A DNA stretch of 63,983 nucleotides, filler included, from Lentisphaeria bacterium (lineage in GTDB: Bacteria > Verrucomicrobiota > Lentisphaeria > JABSQK01 > JAWLHB01), in the NCBI GenBank assembly GCA_041690595.1. It is 3 parts of 3 records of this genome, joined end to end, with 100 filler letters (N's around TTAATTAATTAA, not from the genome) between each part and the next. Parts side by side here need not be neighbours in the genome. Positions count along the whole stretch, not along the records: positions 1 to 31,478 come from JAWLHB010000065.1; 2 more parts are not named here. One strand, given 5' to 3'. Every line of letters starts with the position of its first letter. Position 1 is the stretch's first letter. Below the pieces are notes generated by a model that worked only from the letters and a program-made list of their open reading frames with translations, ran no database searches and was not told the DNA's origin. Below, piece after piece: positions 9,849-20,880 of this stretch. The position numbers were made by a program, and so were the translations under genes.

Positions 9849-10963
9849 TCATCAGGAACGTCGAACCCTTTATCCTTCACGTGCCCGTCACTGGCGGCCA
9901 CATCGCCGACAGCACCCATGCCATCACCCACTGGGGCGTGGTCGGCGCCAAAGTCATCGCCGAAGATGGCACCGCTGGCTATGGCTTCACCGGTACCCAT
10001 GCCCACCTGCCGAGCGATCGCCTCATCGCCGCCTGCATTCGCGACTGTTGCGGCCCCCTCGTCGCCGGCGCTTCCGTTTTCGACACTCGCGCCCTTTGGG
10101 TGAAGATGTCGCGCCAGCCGCCGGTGCAGTGGGTCGGGCGCGCCGGCATCACCCAGCTCGCCCTCGCCGCCGTCGATACCGCCCTCTGGGATCTCAAGTG
10201 CAAGGTCCTCGGGCAGCCGCTCTGGCAGTTCCTCGGCGGCCGAACCAGTGAACGCCTCGAAGCCTACAATACCGACGGCGGTTGGCTCAGCCTCTCCCTC
10301 GAACAGGTGGTCGCCAACTGCCGCCGCTTTGTCGAGGAGGAAGGCTACCGCGGCGTCAAGATCAAGATCGGCCTGCCGGATCCGCGCGAGGATCTTCGCC
10401 GGGTCCGTGCCGTGCGGGCCGCCATCGGCCCGGAAATCAAGCTGGGGGTCGATGGCAACGGACGCTGGGATCTGCCGACCGCGCTTCGCCTGGCCCCCGC
10501 CTTTGCCGATCTGGATCTCATGTGGTTCGAGGAGCCCCTCTGGTATGACGACGTGGCCGGCCATGCCGCGCTCGCCCGCGCCGCCTCCACCCCCATCGCC
10601 CTCGGTGAGCAGCTCTACACCGCCGATGCCTTCGAGCACTTCATGCAGGCCGGCGCCGTCCATTACGTGCAGCCGGACATGACCCGCCTCGGCGGCATCA
10701 CCGAATGGCTGCAGGTCGCCGAGAGCTGCGCCTCCCGCCGCCTGCCGGTCGCCGCCCATGTCGGCGACATGGGGCAGGTCCATGTCCACCTTGCCTACCA
10801 CCATCCGTCCTGCAACATCCTCGAGTACATTCCCTGGATCCGCCACTGCTTCGAGGAGCCCATCGCCGTCAAGGATGGCGACTATCTGCTGCCTCTCCAG
10901 CCTGGCGCCAGTACGACCATCACGGCAATGGCCATGCGGGACTTCGCCCAGCCCCTGACGTGA
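9845..10963 (+). CDS. Mandelate racemase/muconate lactonizing enzyme family (acid-sugar dehydratase-like)
   Basis: [28 protein letters not shown] and VQPD motifs. Confidence 0.92.
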   Translation: MIIRNVEPFILHVPVTGGHIADSTHAITHWGVVGAKVIAEDGTAGYGFTGTHAHLPSDRLIAACIRDCCGPLVAGASVFDTRALWVKMSRQPPVQWVGRAGITQLALAAVDTALWDLKCKVLGQPLWQFLGGRTSERLEAYNTDGGWLSLSLEQVVANCRRFVEEEGYRGVKIKIGLPDPREDLRRVRAVRAAIGPEIKLGVDGNGRWDLPTALRLAPAFADLDLMWFEEPLWYDDVAGHAALARAASTPIALGEQLYTADAFEHFMQAGAVHYVQPDMTRLGGITEWLQVAESCASRRLPVAAHVGDMGQVHVHLAYHHPSCNILEYIPWIRHCFEEPIAVKDGDYLLPLQPGASTTITAMAMRDFAQPLT

Positions 10964-10977
10964 TCGCCGCCGCCGGA

Positions 10978-12120
10978 TCACTTGCCGGCGCAGCCGAGCA
11001 GCTCCCGGGCCTGGTCGATCAGACGATGCATTGTCGGCTGTCGGCCCGCGGTTGCGTGAAGCTGGTCATCGACTCTGGGAGCGATGACGGCACTCTCCCC
11101 CTTGCCTTGCGGCGGGCCCGGGTGACGCGCGATCAGGTCGATGGCGGCCATCAGCCAGGCGCGCGCATCGTAACCGAAGCGGGTGATCGGCAGCTTGCCG
11201 TGGTAGGGAAGCGGGAAGTTCCAGTGGCCGAAGAGCGCCGGGGGTGGGACGCCGGGCGGGAGCAGGCGGTACAACGCCTCCACGGCCGGCTCCACCAGGT
11301 GGTCGTCGACGATCAGAAGGGTCCGCGGGAGGGGGCGGCCGTCCGGCTTAAAGAGTGCCGCCACGGCGTTACCGACCCATTCCGAGTGATACGGGCTGGC
11401 GGCCAGGGTCCATTCCGGGCGCAGCCTCAGCCCGCAGGCGGCGCAGGCTTTTTCCAGCAACGGCGGGGTGAAGCCGGTCGTCGTCAGCACCGCCAGATCC
11501 GTCATGCCCCGTTCGGCGATCAGGGCGATGCCCGCCCGCAGGTAAGGTTCTCCCTCGATGCGGATCCCGAAGCCGGGTGCGTCAAAGCTGGGGTTGTAAT
11601 GGACGATGGGCAGCGGTGGATGCGTGATCAGCGGATGCGTCTTCAGGTCATGCGGAGAATAGCTGAAGATGAGACCCGCCAGAACGCCATCCTCCACATC
11701 GCGCAGCAGGCGGGCCAGCCCCTGGCTCGGTCCCGCTTCACTGCTCACATCCATGTAGTACCGGAACTTCCAGCGATCCCGCGCCGCTGTGATCTCCTGC
11801 GCCACCCGCAGATTCGCCAGATAGTTGAGCGACCAACCGAATCTCACGATATCGCCCGGATGCCCCGGAAAGACCAACCCGATCTGGCACGTGTGTGGCG
11901 GATACGCTTCCAGAAAGCTGCCAACCGTCGGACGCGTCGTGATGTAGCCCTGATCCGCCAGCAGATCCATGGCCCGCTGCATGGTGACCGGGGTCGTGCC
12001 GAATCGCTCGCACAATTCCAGATACGCCGGCAGCTTCTGGCCGCCTCGCCAGTCCGCCAGCCATTCCTCCCGCAGCTCCGAGGCTATCTTTCGGTACCCC
12101 TTGCACCCACGCTTCGGCAT
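10978..12120 (-). CDS. GntR-family regulator with sugar-binding domain
   Basis: GQKLPAYLELCERFGTTPVTMQRAMDLLADQGYI...VGSF wHTH. Confidence 0.85.
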   Translation of the reverse strand: MPKRGCKGYRKIASELREEWLADWRGGQKLPAYLELCERFGTTPVTMQRAMDLLADQGYITTRPTVGSFLEAYPPHTCQIGLVFPGHPGDIVRFGWSLNYLANLRVAQEITAARDRWKFRYYMDVSSEAGPSQGLARLLRDVEDGVLAGLIFSYSPHDLKTHPLITHPPLPIVHYNPSFDAPGFGIRIEGEPYLRAGIALIAERGMTDLAVLTTTGFTPPLLEKACAACGLRLRPEWTLAASPYHSEWVGNAVAALFKPDGRPLPRTLLIVDDHLVEPAVEALYRLLPPGVPPPALFGHWNFPLPYHGKLPITRFGYDARAWLMAAIDLIARHPGPPQGKGESAVIAPRVDDQLHATAGRQPTMHRLIDQARELLGCAGK

Positions 12121-12223
12121 GCCTTTACTCCATAGTATACTTTTATCAAGCTACTCAAGTATAACGGAAGCCCGCCTTCATGTCAAGCCCACCGCATGAA
12201 CCCACAAAAAAGGTATTCTTGCT

Positions 12224-12266
12224 TTGACGCCCGGGTAAAGCGCCGCTACGTTGTATAATGATACAA
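12224..12266 (+). promoter_or_regulatory. Promoter with overlapping palindromic GntR-type operator
   Basis: TTGACG-N17-TACGTT, then the perfect inverted repeat TTGTAT-aatg-ATACAA (12251-12266), between divergent GntR genes. Confidence 0.65.
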
Positions 12267-12297
12267 ATAATTCAAGCCGTAGTTCAAGAGGCATGAG

Positions 12298-13389
12298 ATG
12301 AAGAAGTGCGCTCTCCAACTCGTCCGTAGTGTGCCGTTACCCAGGCAGATCGCGGATCATCTGCGCACCCAGATTCGCGACGGGATATGGCAGGCCGGCG
12401 ACAAACTGCCGACCGCGCGGGAGTTTGCCGCGCAGTGGGAGACGGATCAGGCGACGGTCCATCGCGCCATGAGCCAACTGGCCAGAGAAGGGATGATCGA
12501 CCGCAAGCCGCGGGCAGGCAGCTTCGTCCGCCAGGCGCGTCCACTCCTGACCACGGTCGGCATCTACCTGCGGTCGACCGTGATGAGCCCGGGCGCATCC
12601 CCCTTTCAGCAGGCGCTGGTCGACGCCCTGCGGGCCGAGCTTTCGCGAGCAGGCCTGGGGGTCCACTTCTTCGTCGATCCGCGCTCTGAGGCCGAACAGG
12701 CATCCCCATGGACGCAATTGGTCGATGGCGTGGAGCGACACGAGATTCAGGGGGTCATCCTGCCCGTGACGGATCCCACGCATACAGCCTGGCTGACGGC
12801 GCTTTCCGTGCCCATCGCCTGCCTCAGCAGCGGCAGTCGCCATACTCTGGGCGTCGATCACCGACAGCTCATGCGGTTGACGGTTCAGGCGCTGGTCGGC
12901 CAGGGATGTCGGCGCGTCGGGCTGATCGCCTCCACCGCGGTTCCACGATTGGACATGGCCCGGCTCTTCATCGACGAGGCAACAGACGCCGGCCTGGAGG
13001 TGCGTGACGGCTGGATCGAGGTCCCGCCGTTGCCCCCCCACGCACCGTCGGATGCCACTCACCATCACCGCTTTGGCTATGAATCCATGCGCCGCATCTG
13101 GGCGCTTGGGGAGCGCCCTGAAGGGTTGGCGGTCTACCCGGATTCCATGGCAAGTGGCGTAATCCTGGCAGCGCTGGAGGCCAACATTGCGGTTCCGGAG
13201 CAGTTGCGCCTGGTCCTTCACCGCAATCGCGGCGTGCCCTTGCTCTGCCCGATGCCGGCCACTTTCGTGGAGCTGGATACCGCCGAAGCCGCGGCCATTC
13301 TGGTGCGGCAGCTCCGCGATCTGCATGCTGGCAAACCGGTGGAGCGTATCTACCTCACCCATCGCCTGATCGAGAGGGAAACCTCATGA
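12298..13389 (+). CDS. GntR-family regulator with sugar-binding domain
   Basis: [14 protein letters not shown]...[13 protein letters not shown]...GSFV and a LacI-like C-terminus. Confidence 0.88.
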   Translation: MKKCALQLVRSVPLPRQIADHLRTQIRDGIWQAGDKLPTAREFAAQWETDQATVHRAMSQLAREGMIDRKPRAGSFVRQARPLLTTVGIYLRSTVMSPGASPFQQALVDALRAELSRAGLGVHFFVDPRSEAEQASPWTQLVDGVERHEIQGVILPVTDPTHTAWLTALSVPIACLSSGSRHTLGVDHRQLMRLTVQALVGQGCRRVGLIASTAVPRLDMARLFIDEATDAGLEVRDGWIEVPPLPPHAPSDATHHHRFGYESMRRIWALGERPEGLAVYPDSMASGVILAALEANIAVPEQLRLVLHRNRGVPLLCPMPATFVELDTAEAAAILVRQLRDLHAGKPVERIYLTHRLIERETS

Positions 13390-14135
13390 GTCGACGTCAT
13401 CAAACCAAAGGAATATCCGGCATGTTTACCCGTAACGACAGGAAGATGCGCTTCACGTTGATAGAGCTGCTGGTCGTCGTGGCCATAATCGCCATTCTGG
13501 CCAGCATGCTCCTCCCCGCGCTCAGCAAAGCCCGCGCGTCGGCCCGGCGAACCAGCTGCCGCAACAACCTCAAACAGTGGGGTTTGTACTTCGCCATCTA
13601 CATGGACGAGAACGACGGGTGGTCACCACCATGTACCTCGCAGGGCGCCACCTGGATGATTGATTCCTATGTGCCGCACCTCTGGTACCAGGACATCAGC
13701 ACCGTCACCGGCAAGACCTATGCCGAATGGAGCACCGGCAACGACTTCGGCATCTGGCATTGCCCGGAAAAGGCCAGCCAGGCGTATCCGGTTGGCAGCT
13801 ACCAGATCAACGGCTGGAACGGGCTGCCCGGCAGGTTCACCGGCACCAAGGATTCGGTGATGCTTGAGCCGGAGCGCCTCTATGCCCTTTTCGATGGCGA
13901 GTACTTCCGCTCGGAAGCCGCTCAGGGAGATGGGGCCGGTGCGGTGCCGTTTCTGGGGGTCGGTGTGCGCTCTGCCCGCTACCTGCACAATCTCGGCCTC
14001 AACATGCTCTTTGCCTCCGGCCATGTCGAGGATCGAAAGGCTCCACTCATGCACGAGGGTGCAAATATCTATCCGGGAAGCCACCGCCGCGACAGGCGCG
14101 AATTCGGTCGCAACTGGTACAGCTACAATTACTGA
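13386..14135 (+). CDS. Prepilin-type N-terminal cleavage/methylation protein (DUF1559 / H-X9-DG class)
   Basis: [33 protein letters not shown] and a C-terminal H-X9-SGH variant. Start may be later. Confidence 0.9.
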   Translation: MSRRHQTKGISGMFTRNDRKMRFTLIELLVVVAIIAILASMLLPALSKARASARRTSCRNNLKQWGLYFAIYMDENDGWSPPCTSQGATWMIDSYVPHLWYQDISTVTGKTYAEWSTGNDFGIWHCPEKASQAYPVGSYQINGWNGLPGRFTGTKDSVMLEPERLYALFDGEYFRSEAAQGDGAGAVPFLGVGVRSARYLHNLGLNMLFASGHVEDRKAPLMHEGANIYPGSHRRDRREFGRNWYSYNY

Positions 14136-14187
14136 TCTCGCCGCCAGACCTGGCGCAGCTCCATCCCCAACCACCACAAGGAAATCC

Positions 14188-16560
14188 ATGTCCAGACTCA
14201 TCGCCTTCGCTCTGATCCTTCTTCCCCTCTTCATCACCGGTTGTGCCTCACTCGGGATCAGCTCCGTCGCCGATGGCGACGCCATGGCCGCTTACCTTGC
14301 CGCCCAGGTCAACCTCCCCGTCATCGAGCGCAGTGACTGGATCAATGTCAAGACCGATATCACCCCCGGCGCGGTTGGCGACGGCATCGCCGATGATACC
14401 GCCGCCATTCAGGCCGCCCTCTCCATGCTTGAAGGGAGAAGACCGGCAACGCGCGCCGTCTACCTGCCGCCGGGCACTTATCGCATCACCGATACGCTGG
14501 TGGTGACTCAGGTGCAGGGTGGGGCCATCTATGGTCATGGCCGCGCCACCGTCATCGCCTGGGATGGTCCCGAAGGGGTGCCGGGGACGACGGCCCACGG
14601 CGAGTCCGTCCTTACCGGCTCCCGCATGTTCCACAGCAACGGCTTCGGGCGCAACCTCTTCTTCGGCCTCACCTGGGATGGCCGCGGCAAGGCCGCCGTT
14701 GGCGTTGATCACGACAGCAAGGGCTATTACGAAACCCGCGTCCGCCATCAGTACTGCGCCTTCCTCAACTTCCAGGACAGCGGCATTCGCGTCGGACACG
14801 ATCAGAAGACCGCCAGCGCCGAGATGATGTTCTACGACTGCTATTTCGAAAACTGCGGCCGGGGCATCACCTTTCTCGCCTTCAACGACTACGACAACGC
14901 CATCGCCCGCTGCATCTTCCGCAACTGCGGCAGCGGCGTTCACTGCCACCGCGGCAACGTCTATGTGCGCGATTGCCACTTCGAAAACTCGCGGGATCAG
15001 GATCTGCTGCTGGCCGTCCATTCTCATTCGGTCCGGCGCTGCACCTCCGTCGGTTCCAATGCCTTCATCCGCTGCTCGCAACCCGGATCCTACGCCAACA
15101 TGATCGCCGTACAGGACTGCCGCGTGAGCGACTGGCACGATCCGGCAGGGGCCATTCAGACCAGCAATCGCGGCCCCCTCCTCGTCTTCGACTCCATCTT
15201 CGCGCAACCCGCCGTCAAGGGCTCGCCGGCCATCGCCCTGCTTGACACCGAGTGGGAACAATCCCTCCTCACCGCCAATCTGGCCACCAGCGGCATGAAG
15301 ATCCCCATCGTCAGCCACCGTGAGCACAACCGACTGCTCGACATCCCCCGCCACCAGCCTGACTTTCTGATCGCCACGCGCGCTCATCGCCGCTGGGAGC
15401 ACCGCCCCCAGCTCCCCACCCGGATCTTTGACGCCAAGGTCGACTTCGGCGCCACCGGCAATAATGTCGACGACGATGCCGAAGCCATTCAGCGCACCAT
15501 CGATGCGGCGGCTGCTCACGGTGACGGCGCCCAGGCTTATCTTCCCGCGGGCGTCTATCGGGTCGCCTCGTCGCTTCGCCTTGGCCCCGGCAACTACAGT
15601 CTGGGCGGCCCCATCGGTCGGCGCACCGAGCTTGTCTGGGCTGGCCCTGACGGCGGAACGATGATTGCCGCCCACAACACCGACGGGGCGATTCTCAGCC
15701 AGCTCTTTCTGGCCGCGCCACAGGAGGCGAAGGTAACCGGCCTGCACGTCACCGCCGACCGGCCCGGCGCCATCGTCCTCGACGGTATCTGGTCCGGCGG
15801 CAATCACCAGCCCGACTTCCGTGGCACCCTCCTCGATCAGCTCCCCTCCGGCTACACCGTCACCTCCAGCCATCTCGATGGCGAGCTGACCATCGACCGC
15901 TGCGGCGATGCCGATATTCTTCTCGACTACTGGTTCACCAGCATGGAGGGAGCACTGACCCTCCGTGGCACGACCGGCAGCGGCTTCATCGCCATCCATT
16001 CCGCGGCCGGTTCCCACAACAATCCGGACATGACCATCCTCGACAACGCCTCCATCGTCATCGGTGACTTCTATACGGAGCAGACTCTGCGCAGCCTGGT
16101 GGCGGCGGGTCAACCCGGCCAGCCTCCCGGCCGGATCACCATCTCCTACGCCAAGCTTGCCTGCCGCCAACCCGAAATCGTGAGCATCGACGGCTATGCC
16201 GGCCAAGTGACCGTCTCCCGCGCCAACATGATCTGCCGCCCCGGCCTCAACGCTGAGGGGCAGCCGGTCGCCATCGGCGAGAAGACCGTCTCCACGGTCT
16301 CCGCCCAAGCCGTCCTTCCCGTCGACAATGGCCAGAACACCGTCCTCCTCCTGCTGGGCAACACGCACCTCTTCGCACCGCCCGAGATTCGCGCTCCCGA
16401 GGCCACCGTCATTCAGCTTGGCAACAATGTCTGGCGCGGTGAGGATGAAGCCCAGAACCAGCCGCTGGTTCCCGACTCGCCCGCGGATGCCACGGCTGTT
16501 CGCGCCGTCAATGTCGCCCTCGATCACTTCCGCGAACTCTCCGAAAGGAGCCTGCGATGA
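14188..16560 (+). CDS. Lipoprotein with two pectate_lyase_3/GH55-like beta-helix modules
   Basis: Lipobox-like FITGC, plus GAVGDGIADDTAAIQAA...VYLPPGTY and FGATGNNVDDDAEAIQRTI...YLPAGVY. Confidence 0.8.
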   Translation: MSRLIAFALILLPLFITGCASLGISSVADGDAMAAYLAAQVNLPVIERSDWINVKTDITPGAVGDGIADDTAAIQAALSMLEGRRPATRAVYLPPGTYRITDTLVVTQVQGGAIYGHGRATVIAWDGPEGVPGTTAHGESVLTGSRMFHSNGFGRNLFFGLTWDGRGKAAVGVDHDSKGYYETRVRHQYCAFLNFQDSGIRVGHDQKTASAEMMFYDCYFENCGRGITFLAFNDYDNAIARCIFRNCGSGVHCHRGNVYVRDCHFENSRDQDLLLAVHSHSVRRCTSVGSNAFIRCSQPGSYANMIAVQDCRVSDWHDPAGAIQTSNRGPLLVFDSIFAQPAVKGSPAIALLDTEWEQSLLTANLATSGMKIPIVSHREHNRLLDIPRHQPDFLIATRAHRRWEHRPQLPTRIFDAKVDFGATGNNVDDDAEAIQRTIDAAAAHGDGAQAYLPAGVYRVASSLRLGPGNYSLGGPIGRRTELVWAGPDGGTMIAAHNTDGAILSQLFLAAPQEAKVTGLHVTADRPGAIVLDGIWSGGNHQPDFRGTLLDQLPSGYTVTSSHLDGELTIDRCGDADILLDYWFTSMEGALTLRGTTGSGFIAIHSAAGSHNNPDMTILDNASIVIGDFYTEQTLRSLVAAGQPGQPPGRITISYAKLACRQPEIVSIDGYAGQVTVSRANMICRPGLNAEGQPVAIGEKTVSTVSAQAVLPVDNGQNTVLLLLGNTHLFAPPEIRAPEATVIQLGNNVWRGEDEAQNQPLVPDSPADATAVRAVNVALDHFRELSERSLR

Positions 16561-18002
16561 CCCCCAACATCCTTCTCATCCTCACTGATCAGCATCGCCT
16601 CTCCGCACTTGGCAGCTACGGTGAAACGCCCTGCCGGACGCCCAACCTCGACCGCCTCGCGCGGGAAGGGGTGCGCTTCCAGAATGCCTATACCACGTGC
16701 CCCGTCTGCAGTCCGGCGCGCGCCAGCGTCATCTCCGGCCAATATCCGCACCGCCACGGCGTCACGGCCAACTGCGGCTCGCCTCCCTGTGCCGTCTGGA
16801 CGATCCCGGACCATCCACGCATGCTGCCGCATCGCCTGGCCGAGCGCGGCTATCGTTGCGGCTACACCGGCAAGTGGCACCTCTGCCCTGAACGCGGCTG
16901 CACCGAGTGGTTCAATCGTGAGGTTCCGCATCATGTTCCCTCCACCTTCGGCTTCGAAGGGCAGGACTTCATGGGCCACGGCGGCGGCGGCTTTCACTAT
17001 CCCGAGTACAAGGCATACTTGGCCGAAAACGGTCTGACCTTCTCCTTGAAGCCGGACTCCGCCAATCCGCGCACCAACGGCTGGCCATCCTACGGCATCC
17101 AGGAGGGCCCGAAAGAAGCCACCGTCGACCATTTCCTGACCGACCACACCATCGGCCTCATCGACCGCTTTCGGGCTGACGAAGCTCCCTTCTTCATCTG
17201 GCACAACTTCTGGGGGCCTCACGAACCCTACTATCCCGTCGAAGAGTTTTACGCACCCTATCGCGACCAGCACTTCGCCCCGTGGCCCAACTTCACGGTT
17301 CCGGATGGTCTCATCCTGCCGCAGCACCTGCCGAAAGTCCATCCGCACAGTCACGACTGGCCATACTGGGAGGAAGCGCTCCGCCATTACTACGCCTTCA
17401 CCACCCAGATCGACGATCAGATCGGCCGTATCTACGCCCACCTGGAAGAGACGGGCCTCCTGGAAGAGACGGTTATCATCTTCTCCTCCGATCACGGCGA
17501 AACCCTCGGCAGCCACGGCGGCATGGTCGACAAGGGCTACTCCCACTTCGAAGAGATCCAGCGCGTCGGCATGATCGTCCGCTACCCGGAAAAGCTTCGC
17601 CCCCAAGGATGCCCCCCCGGCTCCGTACGCTCCGAACTGGCATCGCTGGTGGACATCTACCCCACCTGCCTCGACCTCGCCGGCGTTCCGGAACTCGACA
17701 GTCAGGGCGCTTCCCTGCATGCGTTGCTCGACGGCCGCGCCGCGCAGTGGCGCGAGGAGGCCTTTGTCGAGTTCTTCGGCCTGCACGGCGCCACCGTCAT
17801 GATTACCTGCCGCTATCAGGATTGGAAGTACGGCTGGAACATGAACTGCACCGACGAACTCTACAACCTCGCGGAAGACCCCCACGAGCTGCGCAACCGC
17901 ATTGACGACCCGGCCTGCGCGGCTGTGCGCGCCGATATGCTCGACCGTCTCGCGGCTCACCTTCCTCCCGGACTCAGCGTTCTCCCGGGGCGCCAGAAAT
18001 GA
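16557..18002 (+). CDS. Sulfatase (Cys-type)
   Basis: PNILLILTDQ, CSPAR, GKWH, SSDHG and DELYNL. Confidence 0.95.
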   Translation: MTPNILLILTDQHRLSALGSYGETPCRTPNLDRLAREGVRFQNAYTTCPVCSPARASVISGQYPHRHGVTANCGSPPCAVWTIPDHPRMLPHRLAERGYRCGYTGKWHLCPERGCTEWFNREVPHHVPSTFGFEGQDFMGHGGGGFHYPEYKAYLAENGLTFSLKPDSANPRTNGWPSYGIQEGPKEATVDHFLTDHTIGLIDRFRADEAPFFIWHNFWGPHEPYYPVEEFYAPYRDQHFAPWPNFTVPDGLILPQHLPKVHPHSHDWPYWEEALRHYYAFTTQIDDQIGRIYAHLEETGLLEETVIIFSSDHGETLGSHGGMVDKGYSHFEEIQRVGMIVRYPEKLRPQGCPPGSVRSELASLVDIYPTCLDLAGVPELDSQGASLHALLDGRAAQWREEAFVEFFGLHGATVMITCRYQDWKYGWNMNCTDELYNLAEDPHELRNRIDDPACAAVRADMLDRLAAHLPPGLSVLPGRQK

Positions 18003-19294
18003 AGCAGAATCTCCTCTTTATCTTCGCCGACCAAATGCACCGCTATGCCCTGGGCTGCATGGGAACGCCCGATATTCTCACGCCCAACCTGGACCGCCTG
18101 GCTTCGCAGGGGACTCTATTCCGCAACGCCTACTCCAACTGCCCCATCTGCACCCCCTTCCGCATCAGCCTCTGTACCGGCCTCTATTCCAGTACAACCG
18201 ACACGCTCGGCAATGAGGCGAGAATTCCCGAAGGTATCCCCACTCTGGCCGGCGACCTCAACCGGGCGGGATTCCGTACGAGCTGGGTCGGCAAGTGGCA
18301 CATCGGTGGCGCCGGCAATATCCCCGTTCCCCCGGAGCTGCGCGGCGACTTCACCGATTTCATCGGTTACCAGTGCTACAACGGTTTCCGCGACAATGTC
18401 GTCTTCTTCGACGAAGCCGGCGATGCCCATCCGTTTGACCGCCACCGGACGGAGGTGACTACCGATCTCTCGATCGAGCGGCTGCGGGGGCTGGCCGACG
18501 ATCCCTTCGCCCTCTTCGTCTCGTATCAGGCGCCTCACTATCCCGTTCAACCGGCCGAAGAGTATGCCGCCTTGTACGAGAATGTGGAGATCCAGCGCCG
18601 GCCCAGCTGCCGAGATATGGACCCTTACACGCCCACCTTCAGCCCCTTCAGTCCCCGTCCCCCCGATACCTGCCCCGACTATCAGCGCTACGGCAACAAC
18701 CTGAGCGAGTACCTGCGCCTCTATTATGCCATGGTGACGCAGATCGACGCCAATGTTGGCCGCCTGCTGAACGAACTGGAAGCGCTGGGCCTGGCGGAGA
18801 ATACGGTCGTCATCTTCACCGCCGATCATGGTGACATGCAGGGCAGCCACGGCCTGAAGAACAAGTGCCTGCCACAGGAGGAATCCTCCGGCATCCCGCT
18901 CATCGTGCGCGCCCCCGGCGGCGCCAGAGGCCAGGTCAGCGATGCCCTCATCGACAGCGTCTCCTTTCTCCCCACCTGCCTCGCCTTTGCCGGCGCGGAA
19001 GCCTCCGCCGAACGACCCGGTTTCGACTTCTCGCCGGTCGTCATGGGCGAAGAAATGGAGCTGAACGGACCCGTCTACTCCGAGTTCCACGGCTGGCAGA
19101 TGATTCGCCAAGGCGAGTGGAAGCTGGTCGCCAACGATACGGGCGAGCGCCCCCCCACGCAGCTCTACAACCTGGCTGACGATCCCTTCGAGTTGAACAA
19201 TTGCGTCGCCGACCCGAACTGCCACGAACTCCGCAGCCGCCTTCTCGATCGCCTTTACAGGCAATTCCAACCTCGACCGGAACCCAAGGGCTGA
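17999..19294 (+). CDS. Sulfatase (Cys-type)
   Basis: NLLFIFADQ, CTPFR, GKWH and TADHG. Confidence 0.95.
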   Translation: MKQNLLFIFADQMHRYALGCMGTPDILTPNLDRLASQGTLFRNAYSNCPICTPFRISLCTGLYSSTTDTLGNEARIPEGIPTLAGDLNRAGFRTSWVGKWHIGGAGNIPVPPELRGDFTDFIGYQCYNGFRDNVVFFDEAGDAHPFDRHRTEVTTDLSIERLRGLADDPFALFVSYQAPHYPVQPAEEYAALYENVEIQRRPSCRDMDPYTPTFSPFSPRPPDTCPDYQRYGNNLSEYLRLYYAMVTQIDANVGRLLNELEALGLAENTVVIFTADHGDMQGSHGLKNKCLPQEESSGIPLIVRAPGGARGQVSDALIDSVSFLPTCLAFAGAEASAERPGFDFSPVVMGEEMELNGPVYSEFHGWQMIRQGEWKLVANDTGERPPTQLYNLADDPFELNNCVADPNCHELRSRLLDRLYRQFQPRPEPKG

Positions 19295-19297
19295 CAC

Positions 19298-20665
19298 ATG
19301 GCACGCCGACCGCACATCCTCATCCTCTACGTCGACCAGATGCAGCATGACCGTATCGGCTCTGTTGATGGTATCGCCTATACGCCCACTCTCGACGCGC
19401 TGGCGGCGGAAGGCGTCCGCTTCAGCCATGCCATCACCCAGCAGGGGCAATGCGTACCCTCGCGCGCGGTGCTGCTGACGGGGCAGAGCGCTCATGAGTG
19501 CGGTGTCATGGTCAACTATGGCTTCTTTGGCCACCAGAACATGCTGACCCGCAAGCATCTCACCTTGCCCAAGGTGCTGAAGGAGGCCGGCTATGCCACC
19601 GCCTGGTTCGGCAAGGGCCACCTCGGCTCCCCCCTGGCGGAACTGGGCTTCGATCACGGCCAGGTCTATGACGGAATGGAGCTTCCCGCGGCCGAGAAGC
19701 AGCGACTCGGCTGCGATTACATCAATCCTTCCCTGGCGGTCGACTATAAGGCCGTCGAGGATGCCGAGGCCTTTCTGGATCACTGGCAGCCCGGCGCCGA
19801 CCCGCTCTTCTTTGTCTTCTCCTGTAACCTGCCCCATCCCCCTTTCTTCCCCGAGCGCCGCTTCATCGACCGTTTTCCGGCGGAGCGCATGCCGCTCGCC
19901 GAGAGCTTCCATCGTGAGGACTTCACCGGCAAACCAGCCTTTCAGAAGGCTCGGGCCGAGGACCGGCACATGCGTATCACCGACCCGCTCACGCAGCAGC
20001 AGGAGGTCGCCAACTATTACTCTATGATCGCCGCCGCGGATGACCACGTCGGCCGCATCGTCGCTGCCTTCAAGCGCCTTGGCATCTGGGAGGATACTCT
20101 GGTCCTCTTCACCGCCGACCATGGCGATATGATGGGCGCCCACCGCATCCGCGCCAAGGGGACCTTTCCCTATGACGAGCTTTACCGTGTCCCCTGCCTC
20201 TTCAAGCTCCCCGCCCAGGCGCCAACGCCAACCCGTCGCGTCATTGACGATCTTGTCTCCTCGCAAGCCTACGCCGGAACTCTCCTCGAACTGGCAGGCG
20301 TGCGGATGCCGTCGTGCTTCACTGGCGGCAGCTTTGCCCAGGCCTTCTCTTGCGACGCACATCCTGACGGCGAGGCGGTCTTCTTCGAGCATTACTGCGC
20401 TCACTGGGGGTTCCATCCCTTCTATGGGGTACGGACGCGAGCCCACAAGTACGTTCGTTACTACGGTCCCGACGAGACGGAAGAGCTGTACGACCTCGCC
20501 CACGACCCCCACGAGTTGCGGAACCTTGCTCACGATCCCCTTCATGACGCGCTCCGCACCCGCCTTGCCGAGCAGGCTGACAACTGGTGGCGAACCACCA
20601 ATGGCCGCGATGCCACATGGTATGAGTCCGACTCTTTCAAGGCCAATGCTCACAACCTGCCCTGA
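19298..20665 (+). CDS. Sulfatase (Cys-type)
   Basis: HILILYVDQ, CVPSR, GKGH, TADHG and EELYDL. Confidence 0.95.
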   Translation: MARRPHILILYVDQMQHDRIGSVDGIAYTPTLDALAAEGVRFSHAITQQGQCVPSRAVLLTGQSAHECGVMVNYGFFGHQNMLTRKHLTLPKVLKEAGYATAWFGKGHLGSPLAELGFDHGQVYDGMELPAAEKQRLGCDYINPSLAVDYKAVEDAEAFLDHWQPGADPLFFVFSCNLPHPPFFPERRFIDRFPAERMPLAESFHREDFTGKPAFQKARAEDRHMRITDPLTQQQEVANYYSMIAAADDHVGRIVAAFKRLGIWEDTLVLFTADHGDMMGAHRIRAKGTFPYDELYRVPCLFKLPAQAPTPTRRVIDDLVSSQAYAGTLLELAGVRMPSCFTGGSFAQAFSCDAHPDGEAVFFEHYCAHWGFHPFYGVRTRAHKYVRYYGPDETEELYDLAHDPHELRNLAHDPLHDALRTRLAEQADNWWRTTNGRDATWYESDSFKANAHNLP

Positions 20666-20880
20666 GCAAGCTGATTCGTCTCTCTTGCAAAGTGAGCTGC
20701 CTCACGTATGTTGGAGAATGAACGAAATGACTGTATGTTTATGCCGGTTCAAGCTCGGGAAGCAATCGTCATGATCCGCCTCAAGGTCTTCATCAGCTCG
20801 GTACCAGCAGCAAGCAACAATACCGCCTCTCGGTTGACGGTGAAGCTTTTGTGAATGCCGCAGCATGGTGATCGCGGATC

